Source: Podarcis vaucheri (Eukaryota). Taken from it: a stretch of 64,000 nt of DNA. Below are positions 1-10,835 of the stretch, piece after piece (the stretch's first letter is position 1; each line of letters opens with the position of its first letter). The position numbers were made by a program, and so were the translations under genes. Below the pieces are notes generated by a model that worked only from the letters and a program-made list of their open reading frames with translations, searched no databases and was not told the DNA's origin. The stretch is from NCBI GenBank assembly GCA_965113315.1, contig OZ220376.1; one strand, 5' to 3'.

Positions 1-143
1 TCCCACCCCTTGTGCAGCCCCTCACCTGAGCAACAAAAATATATTGGAAAATGTGCTTAAACCAATGTATATAAAGCAGGTGTTGCTGTTTTGCTGTCTG
101 CCTTGGTGGGAGACAAAACCCACCAAGCTAAATGTCAGAAGTA

Positions 144-380
144 CAGTGGTGCCCCGCAAGACGAAAAACTCGCTAGACGAAAGGGTTTTTTGGTTTTGCG
201 TTGCTTCGCTAGACGAATTTCCCTATGGGCTTGCTTCGCAAGACGAAAACGTCTTGCGCTTTTTTTAAAAAGACGCTTGAAGAGGCGCAGTTGCGACGGA
301 CCGTGCTTCGCAAGACGAAAAACATCGCAAGACGAAAAGACTCGCGGAACGAATTATTTTCGTCTTGCGAGGCACCACTG
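144..380. mobile_element. Tc1/mariner-pogo type MITE (CAAGACGA family)
   Basis: TIRs cagtggtgccccgcaagacg / cgtcttgcgaggcaccactg, flanked by TA; relatives at 23918 and 55842. Confidence 0.85.
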
Positions 381-3141
381 TAGCTCTCAAGTCTCACACA
401 AGATGCGGAACTGAACCCTCTTGCACCTTGACTGATTCCTAAGCATCTCAGACTTCAGCACAGCTCTCTTTTAGCAGCAACCTCCATGTAGCACTTCAAA
501 AGCAGTGAGTACATCCAAGGAAAGGCCCTTTTGGAGCTCGTTGATGTTACATTTTGTGTTTGTGTAGTAAACTGACTTGTTAATAAAATTGTAAAAGCCA
601 TTTGTGTTGTATGCCAATGTGTCTGGGTGATGCATCATGAGGTTTGTACCTTGGAAATATTTGCACCAGTGCTTCTGTTTTGATACTCAATTGGAGCGTT
701 TTTGTTCATTCTAGCCTTCCCCAAAATGTAGTCTGAAATGCACAGAGGGCACCAGGTTGGGGAAGGCTGGTTTTTACCCAGCATGAGTTGCCTGTGGCCA
801 TTCTGACATTATTGAATTCCAACTCCTATCAGCCCTAGCCAGCAGAGCCCAAGGGTCAGGGGAAATGGAATATGTCGTTCAAGCATTTAGAAGGCCACAG
901 GTTTTCCACTTGTGGTTTATAAAGTACTATTCCTGATGCAATTATGTATAGTTTGCAGAGGCATAGCAAGGTCAGGTGCTACCCGGTGTGGAAATTTTTT
1001 TGTCACCCGCGCCCATCGGCGGCTCAGGGTAGGCTTGGGAGTTGTGGGCGGGTGGTGCGCCCAATGTCACCTCCCCCCCCCAGCGATGACACCCAGGGTG
1101 ATCTGCCCCCCACCCCTCTTCCTACGCCTTTGATGGTCAAGCTGGGTCAACCGGACTTGGGTTACTTTAAACCAGGGTTAGCCAACCTGGTGCCAGCTGG
1201 ATGTTTGGCCACAACTCCCCCAATCTGTGGCCAGTGGCTAGGCTGCCTGAGGCTGATGGGAATTAAGAGTCCACAGTAGCTGGAGGCCACCAGGTTGGCT
1301 CTCCTGGCTTTCTGAAGTACGTTAAGATTATGTGCACCACTGCAGTGGTTGTGGCTAAAGCGTTGGAATGGGAGAGCAGGACAGCCTTGCCTTTGCCTGC
1401 TGCTTTGGATTTCTTCTCCTTGAGCACCGCAGCTTCTGCTAGATCAAATGGGGGGGGGGACTTTGGCTGTCTGGATGTTACTGAACTACAACTCCCATAA
1501 CTCCTAGCTTTTGAGCATGCTTGCTGGGGTTGAGGAGAGTGGTAGTTCAGCAACATACGGAGGACCAAAGATTCCCCAGACCTTTGCTGGATCTTCTGCA
1601 GAGGTTCTCAACTACATTCCACACATGCACCTGAATTTTCACTTCAAACAAGGCAAGGAGGAAGGTTCACCAAGGGAAGAAGAGGTATCTGGGGTGATCA
1701 AGGGCAACCAAGTTTCCTGCTTGATCATCTGCTCTGTCTGAGCCATCAAGGCAGCTGTGGCATGACTTCCAGCAAGGCTCAGATATCTCTCAGGAGCAGC
1801 AGTAGGGCGGGGACGTGTGGCTCTCTAGGTGATGCTAGACTACGACATCCAGTGTCTCTTGACTATTGACAAGTCCCACAGTGCTGATGGGAGCTGGCAT
1901 CCAACAACATCTGGAGGGCCACAGGTTCCCCCTCACTACTCGGGTATCAAGGTGTCTCTTGGACACATGGTTGGGATTCCCTATTATGTTTGCCAACAGC
2001 TCAGTAGCAGTACATCTGATTTGCAGGCAGAAGGTCCCAGGTTCAACCCCTGGAATTGGCAGTTAGGGCTGGGAAAGCCCCCTGCCTAAAGCCTAGGAGA
2101 GCCACTGGCAGTCACAATAGACATTAGTGAGCTAGACGGTCCAATGATCTGATTTGGTATAAGGTACTGTAGCTTCCTATATTAGAAGGGAATAAGATGT
2201 GGGAATGGCTCTGGCCTTCGGGTATGATACACTGAGCTAGGGTGGAGCAGAAGCAAGAAGGAGAAGTGATCATTAGCTCTCCATACCTGAGAACATCCTG
2301 GGAAACAGGAGAGACCTTGAGGGTCTCTTAGCTGCATGCAGAGCAGGACTATTGGGGTACATTGCCAACCAAAGCGGCGACTGACTTTGTGGCCTATTGT
2401 ATATTACTCAAGCAGTAAAGCAGTGCAACTCTTATCAAATGATGCATATGCAAATAAAGAAATACTAGGACCTATTACTTTAAATATGGAAGTGCACACG
2501 GGAGCAGTTGGAATCTCGCATGGAAAACATCCACAAAGCACCCATTAGAGGTCTGCAGTGCAGGTTAAGGGATTCGAGTGTAGAATTATTGGGGGGTATT
2601 TAATCTGCTTATTTGTGCTGCATCATGGGATCTGAAAGGTGTTGTCAGCAAGCAAACCAATGACTCCTAGATTCATGGCTGCAGAGGAGGAATATGAAAG
2701 ATACCCTGACTGAGGAGGCACTGGCAGAGATGGGTGAGGTCACCATCTGACCACCCACTGCCTGGGTCACTGGGCCATCTATGGTTCCACTGCTAGGGTT
2801 TGTCTCCCAAACAAGTGTCTCATGTCCTCCAGAAATGGCCCTTCTTTCCTCTGCAGACCAGTCCATTCTGTCAACAGCAGCTGTCAACAACTTAGAACAG
2901 ACTAAGTTCTGCAGTACTCTCTTTCGCAGATGTGAAACCTCCATATCTCCTTGGACTGCAGCACTTATCAGTCCCAGAGAGTAGAGCCAATAATTGGGGA
3001 TGGTGAGAGTTGTAGCCCAATCACATCTGGTTCTCCATCCCTTTCTGAGCTAGTCCTTCTGTGGCTGCTTGCTTTCTGCTGCTGCACACAGTGATGCACT
3101 GCGGACTGAAAACAATCCTCTCACCTGTGCAAAGAGAGACA

Positions 3142-3147
3142 TTTATT
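3142..3147 (-). terminator. Probable NMB polyadenylation signal (AATAAA)
   Basis: Plus-strand tttatt = AATAAA on the minus strand, about 220 nt after the NMB stop. Confidence 0.6.
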
Positions 3148-3366
3148 CACCATGCCTCCTCCACCAGCCGCTGCAGCACAAGGAAATGCCAGGAATTTTC
3201 TATACAGTCAATACTTGGTTCTTCAGAGGAAGGGGGGGAGGTCAGTATTAGGATTACAGTTATAAATTTGATATTTTACACTACAATTCTTGATGCTTTC
3301 ATTGGGAACAGCCCTTCAGGAGCTCACTTTCCCCCAAGTCTGTGGTGTTTTCCTCAGTTCATCCAT

Positions 3367-3408
3367 TTAAATGTATTTTGCCAGGTACTTTGTGAAGAAA
3401 GGTATTTC
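3367..3408 (-). CDS. NMB: Neuromedin B precursor, coding exon 3 (EIPFFTKYLAKYI*)
   Basis: Acceptor gtttttcgttacag|GAA, phase 0 matches exon 2. Short terminal exon resembles sauropsid NMB C-termini as I recall them. TAA at 3367-3369; AATAAA follows about 220 nt downstream. Confidence 0.82.
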   Translation of the reverse strand, partial: EIPFFTKYLAKYI

Positions 3409-3566
3409 CTGTAACGAAAAACACAGGCATCAGTAGCTTACACTTCAGCATAATAGAAAGCAAACTGGCCTTGCCCACTGATGAGAGAAGAGTATAGCTA
3501 CTCCATCACCACCTTGGACATCTAAAGTGGGTTTTACCCCCTCCTGGGCTGTGTGGGCTCCTTGAC

Positions 3567-4182
3567 TTGCTCTGCTGGGATTCCGATTCAGAGGATGAAC
3601 CAGAGGAATCCCAGCCTGCACAGGAGTCCCCGCCTCCAGGGCCGGCTGAACTGGGGCAGGGCCTTGATTCTGAGGCGCCTGCACCTGTGCCGGATCCTCA
3701 GGAGCAGGCACCAGGTGAATCCACTCTGGCTCCAGATGTGGTTGAGGACTCATTGCCTACAGGTGAGTCTCCCCCTGGGCCCAGTAACCCTTCAGCCTCT
3801 CCTGAACTGCAGAGGCTCAGGGCAGAGAGGTGAAGGGAACTGGTTTCTCCCAGGAGGAGTGCTCACCTTAAGGCCAGGAGAGGCGGGTCTCCTGGGGGCC
3901 TGGACCGCCCCTGGCCTCAGAGAAGATAAAGGCCAGTCAGTCCGGTCCCAGGTTGCGGAAGCAACGTTGTTGTTGAGTACCTGCTCCTACCCGGACCCAG
4001 ACCTGACCTTCCAGTGTTCCTGTTCCCCGCCCGGCTTCCTGCTTCTGACCTTCCAGTGTTCCTGTTCCTGCCCGGCCTCCTGCTTCGGACCTCGCCTCGC
4101 TCCTTGTGACCTGTTTCCAGGCTAGTGACTCAGGACTGAACTTGGACTACGATAACGGTAACCTTCCTCCCGGGACCAGCAC
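3567..4182 (+). mobile_element. Solo-LTR-like element in NMB intron 2
   Basis: GC-richer block with an acidic Pro-rich pseudo-ORF ending ...PRRSAHL, a TATA-like gataaa and internal tandem ctgaccttccagtgttcctgttcc repeats; ends ...CA. No clear TSD, so boundaries are approximate. Confidence 0.45.
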
Positions 4183-4275
4183 ATTATGGAAGGAAGCGAC
4201 ATGATCTCATCTTTTTAGTAAGTCAGCTAATGTTAGAAGGATGACAGCCACCCTTCTGAGGCCTTCAGGTAAATA

Positions 4276-4625
4276 AAAGGTAAAAGGACCCCTGACCATT
4301 AGGTCCAGTCGCAGACGACTCTGGGGTTGCGGCGCTCATCTCGCTTTATTGGCCAAGGGAGCCGGCGTACAGCTTCTGGGTCATGTGGCCAACATGACTA
4401 AGCCACTTCTGGCAAACCAGAGCAGTGCACGGAAATGCCGTTTACCTTCCCACCAGAGTGGTACCTATTTATCTACTTGCACTTGACATGCTTTCGAACT
4501 GCTAGGTTGGCAGGAGCTGGGACCAAGCAATGGGAGCTCACCCTGTTGCAGGGATTTGAACCACCAACCTTCTGATCGGCAAGCCCTAGGCTCTGTGGTT
4601 TAGACCACAGCGCCACCCGTGTCCC
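4276..4625 (-). mobile_element. Sauria SINE
   Basis: tRNA-like head, ACCTTT-type tail, 13-bp TSD cttcaggtaaata (4263-4275 / 4626-4638). Confidence 0.92.
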
Positions 4626-5345
4626 CTTCAGGTAAATAGATGACATCAAATTGTTGCACTGAAATGGGGTTTATTACATTAAGACCTCTCTGGTAGTGAA
4701 CCTACCTAGACCAGAGAGTGATGAGCAACAATGATCTGGTGATCCCTGAGATCAGGCACCTGGGTGGGGTTCAGGACCTTGGAGAGCTCTCTAGCCCAAG
4801 CGGGAGATGTTGTGCAACAAAGCCAAACTGCATTAAAAGGAGAGGGGTTCTGGTACCAGCCCACAAGAAATAGCTGGAGGAACCTAGGAAGCACTGGCTC
4901 TGCCCACCTGATAAACTTGGAAGAGGCAAGGATTTGGCATGATAGTCAAATCCCCGCTCCGGGATGCAATTAAATCCCAGTGTCAGAAAAGGGGAGGGAG
5001 TTCCCCAGAGCTATCTCTACCACCACTGGTGCCAGCAGGATCCTTGCCATGCTGGTCTGCTCCCTACAGTAGGAGGAGGACCAAGGGAAACACATTGAGA
5101 AGGCGTTAATAAATAAAATACAGACACCGACTTTATTCCTTTCCTACAAATTCCTTACGTAGTTTCCTCTGATGGCTGCAGTGCATCGCACAAGTGTTTG
5201 CAACCACTGCTTTTTTTCTGGAGGGACGCAGGGTACACGTACCCCTAAACATTCTGTGAATCTCTGTACTTTTGTCCATTTACTGTATTTATTTTCCTTG
5301 ATTTGAACTATAAAATGGTGATTTTCTTGAGTAAAAATGAGAGTA

Positions 5346-5579
5346 CAGTGGTACCTCAGGTTACATACACTTCAGGTTACACACGCTTCAGGTTACAGAC
5401 TCCGCTAACCCAGAAATATTACCTTGGGTTAAGAACTTTGCTTCAGGATGAGAACAGAAATTGCGCGGTGGTGGCAGTGGGAGGCCCCATTAGCTAAAGT
5501 GGTGCTTCAGGTTAAGAACAGTTTCAGGTTAAGAACAGACCTCCAGAACGAATTAAGTTCTTAACCCAAGGTACCACTG
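5346..5579. mobile_element. Tc1/mariner-pogo type MITE nested in an older element (~5206-5615)
   Basis: TIRs cagtggtacctc / aaggtaccactg, TA flanks; the host sequence resumes on both sides. Confidence 0.8.
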
Positions 5580-6007
5580 TACTCCTAAACACTTTTAAAG
5601 GGGGGAAAAACACTGTCTGCGACACACAATGGTCTGAGCACAGTTAACTAACTCAAACATGGACCACATTTCACAGGCAGTCCTGTTTCCAAAATGAGAC
5701 TAGAATTAGTTGACTCTGCCTGCCATTGGCTCTGGCTCCACCTGGTGCAGCAATCAAATTGCTAGCACATTTGCAAAGCTAGGCAGGGTCAGGTATGGCT
5801 TCAAAATGGATTGGGGGACCACGTGTTGAGGTTCATGCATTGCAGGGGTTGGAGTAAATGACCCTCAGGGTCCCTTCCAACTCTAACATACTATGATGCT
5901 ATCACTGGCTCTACTGTCAGCCGCCTAGTCTTCTGTGCCACCAGTCCCACTGGGCACTAGCCACCACATTCATTCCCTTCCGGACATCTAGAGAGGATGG
6001 TGCTCAC

Positions 6008-6204
6008 CTGGTCATTGGGATCACGCTTCCCTCGGTTCTCCTCCAGCAGCTTCTCTTGCAGAAGCATTTTAAGAAGTTCGCTCATCATCAGGTCTTTCAT
6101 CCCCTCTCTGAAAGCCTTGGGGGTGCTGTTGGTCTCTGAACTTTCTGAGAATGCAGACTGGACATGAGGAGAGCTTAGCATACTCTTCTTCCCCATGAAA
6201 TGCC
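6008..6204 (-). CDS. NMB: Neuromedin B precursor, coding exon 2 (G-HFM-GKK + C-terminal extension)
   Basis: Acceptor tcatttcag|GG CAT TTC ATG GGG AAG AAG completes WATGHFM-GKK (amidation + dibasic site). Continues to ...ELLKMLLQEKLLEENRGKRDPNDQ; donor CAG|gtgagc, phase 0. Confidence 0.93.
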
Positions 6205-7255
6205 CTGAAATGACACCAATTCTGGTCAGTACAGTGCTGGCCCAATTTTATTTTAATTTTTTTTGAAGGAGAGCTTTTGTGCACGATGGTTTGAGGGGTC
6301 TCACCACAGCCACATCCTCTTCCTTGCTGCTGTTGTCGGCCCATTGACTTGTTTTCTTCATTTGGGCTCAAACAGGGGTATGGGAGTACCTAGGGTTCAT
6401 CAAGCTGGGCCCTGCCAAAGGCACATGCCCAGGGTGTGTATGCAAAAATCATGCCTCTCCATTTTGCCTTAGAGTGGGGGCCATCCTTACCAGGGTGCCA
6501 GGGATGGAGGCACGCCGACACAGTTCCTTGTCAAGGGCACAAGGAAGCCTAGATACACCTCTGAAGAGGGAGAATGGAACCAAGTGCCTAGAAATCTGCA
6601 AAGGACAACTCCACGCAATAACATTTTATTGCAGATCCCACCTTTTATTATATGCTATTGAAAATGGATTTTGTTGGATATCATGCGTGTGCTCTTTAAA
6701 AACAAATGAATAAATAAATAGCCCTGCTTTTTTTAAAAAATCACCCCGTCTTTCCACTTTTCCAGGCAGCATGTGGCCATCTTCTTACCAGAATGCAAAT
6801 TTTCAGAGGAAGGAAGCACTTTTAAGTAACAATCAAGGTGGAGATTTGGACTTCATGACCTGCCCTCTACCTCAATCGCCACACCATGGCAGCCCTGCAA
6901 GAGAAACTATGGGGTGTCGTAAGGCACTATACTGTCTCTGATGCTATTTAACATTGACATGAAGCCATCAGGAGCAGTGAGGAGGAGATCTGGAGCAAGA
7001 TGTCATCAGTACACTGATGATACCCAACTCCCATTTCTCAGTAACATCTGAACTGGGAACGGCTGAGCAGGTGCAGGACCAATGTTGGTGTGCAGTGAAT
7101 AATATTATTCCTGGTGAGGAATAATAAAGTCTGCATCCTGACAGGCTGGAGTCTCTAGAAAAGTGGTTTCCAGACCCAGGAAGTCTGCCTTGGGTTGAGA
7201 TGCTGTCCCTGAAGCATTGGTGCTGTACCTGGATTCAGCTGCCTCTGGAAGTGCA

Positions 7256-7458
7256 AATAAAAAAATTCCTTCCAGTAGCACCTTAAAGACCAACTAAGTT
7301 AGTTCTTGGTATGAGCTTTCGTGTGCATGCACACTTCTTCAGTGTGCATGCACACGAAAGCTCATACCAAGAACTAACTTAGTTGGTCTTTAAGGTGCTA
7401 CTGGAAGGAATTTTTTTATTTTGACTATGGCAGACCAACACGGCTACCTATCTGTATG
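7256..7458. mobile_element. Penelope-like element remnant as an inverted (palindromic) pair
   Basis: Perfect 81-bp arms (7255-7335 / 7341-7421) with a 5-nt loop; minimal hammerhead core on the minus strand; 10-bp flanking direct repeat tggaagtgca (7246-7255 / 7459-7468). Confidence 0.75.
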
Positions 7459-9118
7459 TGGAAGTGCAGGTGCCCTTGGTGACTAAAGCACTTTCCCCCA
7501 ACTTTGGCTTGTAGGACAGCTATGATTGTTTCTGGATCAGGACAGCTTGACCACAGTTGCCCATGCACTGGTAACCTGGAGACTGGATTCCTGTAATGCG
7601 CTTTGCGCAATTGAGGTTGGTCTGGAAGTTTCAGCTGGTGCCAAATGCAGCAGCCATGTTGCTTGAGGGGCCGAACTCCCACCATCATGTAACCCTTTGT
7701 GGGATTTGCACTGGCTGCGCACCTGCTACGAGGCCAAGTTCAAGGCTGGGTACTAGCTTGTAAGACCCTCTGCAGCTCAGGACCAGGTTACTCGATGGAC
7801 TGCATTATCCCTTATATACGCAGCAGATTGCTGCCGTCTGTGGCAGAGCTTCTCCTACAAGTTCCAGAGTGGTTTGTATCCTGCTTGGTAGGATACTGCC
7901 CTGAGACCTGCAGGTATAGGGTGGCATATAAATCAAATCAAATCAAAATAAAATAAATACAGAACAGGGCAGTCTGTGTGGCTGCCGTTAGTCTGTGTAA
8001 CAGCATTCCCATCAAGGCAAGCAGGCGCCCAATACCTGCACTTTCCAGAAACAACGGAAGACATTTTTGTTCCAACAGCTGGACAAACAGGTCTGTGCCA
8101 TGGATATTTACTTCACAATACTTTTTAAAATTGATCTGTTATTTCCTGCATTGTTTTAAACTGTTTTTAGCTGTTCTCATTGCATTTTTGGGGGGCATCC
8201 CCTTGGGACATATGTGTGGAAGGTGATTAATAAACAAATTAATAAAGTTCCAAGCATCACCAGTGGTGAAATAATTGCTGCTCTGTTAATTTGTCCATCC
8301 TGGACAGAGACTGGATTTTCAACCTGATGACACGGGGAGCTGTCCCCTCTCCTGCTGCTGAAAGCATTGTTTTCTGACCCTCTGTGCCTGGCTTTCCAAA
8401 CAACCCCACACGCAAATCAAACCCAGCGCTGCATTAAAGTCTTAAAAACAAAGCAAAACAGCAATGTATTGATCTGCCATTTAGTTAAAGGATACGGTGT
8501 TAAAATGCAGCACAAAAATCACCACTGCCACTGTAACTTTCAGCCACGGAATCACGGTTCTGCAGGGCACTGTTTAACCAAATCCCATACAATTTTCCTT
8601 CTCTCGCCCCACAGAGTGACCTACCGGCTTCTTGGTGGCAGGAAGTACCCCCAGGCTCACCTCATCCCACCCCCATTTCCACAGGTCCTTTAGACGACCC
8701 TTCCCCAAGCTGGTGCCCTCCAGACGTTTCAGACAGAGGGAATCCAAAGGAGCCCTCGATGATGGAAGGAACTGGGCACATAACTGATCTCGCAGCACAG
8801 ATTCTACCCACCCTCCCCAAGCCCGCCCCATAACTTTATTATCTTTACACATATGAAAACATTAAACATTAAAAGCTTCCCGATACAGGGCTGCCTTCAG
8901 ATGTCGTCTAAAAGACGGACCCAGGTAAGGAGCACAATTTTGCAGCCTCTGCTCCAGTCCTTCGTTGCCCCCCCCCCCACCCTCTCCAGACACACACGCA
9001 GCCTTTTTTCTGCCAGGATCTTTACTAACAGGCAAGCATTTCCCACCGTCTGCGTTGGGAAGCTGCCCCCTTGGCAGACCGCCCCCTCCAGCGCCGCAGG
9101 GAGACGCAGGGGTCGTAC

Positions 9119-9251
9119 CTGTAGCCCAGAGGTTTTCCCGGAGCCGGATGGGTCCGCCGAGCGAGGGCGAGACAGAAAAAGTGGCGAAAAGGAGCAGATA
9201 AGCCAAGCTCCCCACTTGTAGGATCCTGCTGGCGAATCCTGCCGCCGCCAT
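9119..9251 (-). CDS. NMB: Neuromedin B precursor, coding exon 1 (signal peptide + ...IRLRENLWAT-G)
   Basis: ATG in strong Kozak context (gccATGG). Translates MAAAGFASRILQVGSLAYLLLFATFSVSPSLGGPIRLRENLWAT with a hydrophobic signal core. Donor ACAG|gtacg is phase 1 and splits the Gly of WATGHFM, as in bombesin-family precursors. Confidence 0.93.
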
Positions 9252-9520
9252 GGCTCTCTTTCTGGGCAGCGAGCGGACTTCGACGGACCGACGGGCGGAC
9301 GCGACGCCCTTGTCTCGCCTCCTCTGACCACTAGGTGGCTCCTCTCCTCCAAGCCTCTTTCCTGGTCTTCGCCCCGCGTGCGCTCCTGCTGTTTAAATAG
9401 CCCAGCCGTCGGGGCGGGGACTGACGCGGGGGCAGCGTCACCTTAGCAGCGCTCGCCCAGGGAGGGGTCGCCCTGGAACTGCCTTATCACGATTTTGCGG
9501 CCCAGCGGGACACTTGGGTG
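9252..9520 (-). promoter_or_regulatory. NMB proximal promoter / 5' UTR in a CpG island
   Basis: CpG-rich. TATA-like TATTTAAA (9392-9399, minus), GC box ggggcgggg (9411-9419), inverted half-CRE pair tgacg...cgtca (9422-9440). Confidence 0.65.
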
Positions 9521-9666
9521 CAGTGGCGTAGCGTGGGGGGTGCAGGGGGGCCGGCCGCACCGGGCGCAACACCTGGGGGTTAGGGTTAGGGGGCGCAAAT
9601 CCACGGGTTAGCGGGCGCAAATTACTTGCCTTGCCCCGGGTGCTGACAACCCACGCTACGCCACTG
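9521..9666. mobile_element. hAT MITE in the NMB promoter
   Basis: 17-bp TIRs CAGTGGCGTAGCGTGGG and 8-bp TSD cttgggtg; near-identical copy at 31785-31925. Confidence 0.92.
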
Positions 9667-10361
9667 CTTGGGTGCCCCCGGACGGTTTGGGGGAAGAAAA
9701 GAAGAAGGAATAGGGGCAAGCACGGCTCCCGGACCTATTTGGAACGCCAGGGTCAATCCTGAACCACCTGAAATAACAGAAAGGCAGTATCTCTGAGCAC
9801 CTACAGAGTGCAGAGCGACTGGGTAGCCCTAGGAGACGGAAGGATGTGGTAAAAGCTGCCGTCAAATAAGCCAGGAGAGCTTTCTCTACAATTGCCAGCG
9901 AGACAGAACCCAGACGAAAGCAGATGTCCTGCTGCACTGGCCGAGCAAAGCGGCTTCCTCAATTCTGGGCAGGAGGCCGCGCCCAGCCACTTTCCTCTAG
10001 TCAAGTCCCATTGAATCCAGCGAGGCTTGCTTCCGAGTATAACCACGTGTGCATGTCAGGGTCAATCAAATGATGGCCATTGCTTGCACACTGGCGGGGT
10101 TGGGGGGGTCAGGACCTTCCATGCCTGGGAGCCAGTTCCTAGGGGTTGAGGTCTCCCAAAGTTGATGGGCATCGCCGTTCAAATGTGATCGTCGATTATG
10201 CGGGGCAGGGCTTACCTTACCCCCCCACCCCCCAATATTTTATTCAAGTTGGCACCCCTGCTTCTATGCAATTGGGCCATTCCCACCTACCCATCACAAA
10301 CCTGCACTTCCATCATTTTGAAAACTTTCAAGGGTTAAAAATAAAATTTGTAAAAAACAAA

Positions 10362-10835
10362 CAGAAGCCTTCCTTTGGGGATTATAGGGGCAGAACTACC
10401 CGAAGTGTATAGAAATTTATTCATGTATGCGACTACAGCGGCAAAACTGTTACTTGCCCAAAAATGGAAAGAAGAAGAAGTCCCAGCAAAAGAAGAATGG
10501 ATACAAAAACTTATGGAAGATGCAGAAATGGCGAAACTTATGGGGAAAATAAGAAATCAAGGTAACATGCTTTTTATAAAAGAATGGAAATGGTTTATGG
10601 AATATTTACAAACAAAATGTAAATAGGTAAGAACATTGGCAGGATTATTGTAATAACCCGCAGTTTCAAAAGTGTATACATTTAATATAGAGGAATAATT
10701 AAGCATATTAAGTTAATTTGGATATGCAGAGAATATTTAAAATAAATTTAAGGAACCGCAGAAAGAGGGGGGAGGAAGTTGACTTTAGAAATGTTAAAAA
10801 GATTGTAAAATTATTGAAATGTATAAAACTGAAAA
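10362..10835 (+). mobile_element. L1-clade LINE 3' fragment
   Basis: ORF2 C-terminus-like ...LLAQKWKEEEVPAKEEWIQKLME...KEWKWFMEYL followed by an A-rich 3' UTR; related fragments at 23.5-24.5 kb, 33.0-33.7 kb and 61.7 kb. Confidence 0.7.

Noticed and set aside
582-587. Plus-strand AATAAA with GU-rich downstream sequence (possible 3' end of a convergent gene)
   Set aside because: No associated exon in the window; the motif alone is insufficient.
1995-2190. tRNA-like sequences (also ~14150, ~21520, ~31180, ~60560)
   Set aside because: A/B-box-like heads run on into shared SINE bodies with no complete cloverleaf; these are old SINE fragments, not tRNA genes.
2645-2944. 99-aa minus-strand ORF downstream of NMB (possible next gene)
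   Set aside because: No recognisable homology, no promoter and weak splice signals.
3553-4125. 190-aa and acidic 88-aa ORFs
   Set aside because: Inside the LTR-like repeat; low complexity, non-ATG starts, no recognisable domain.
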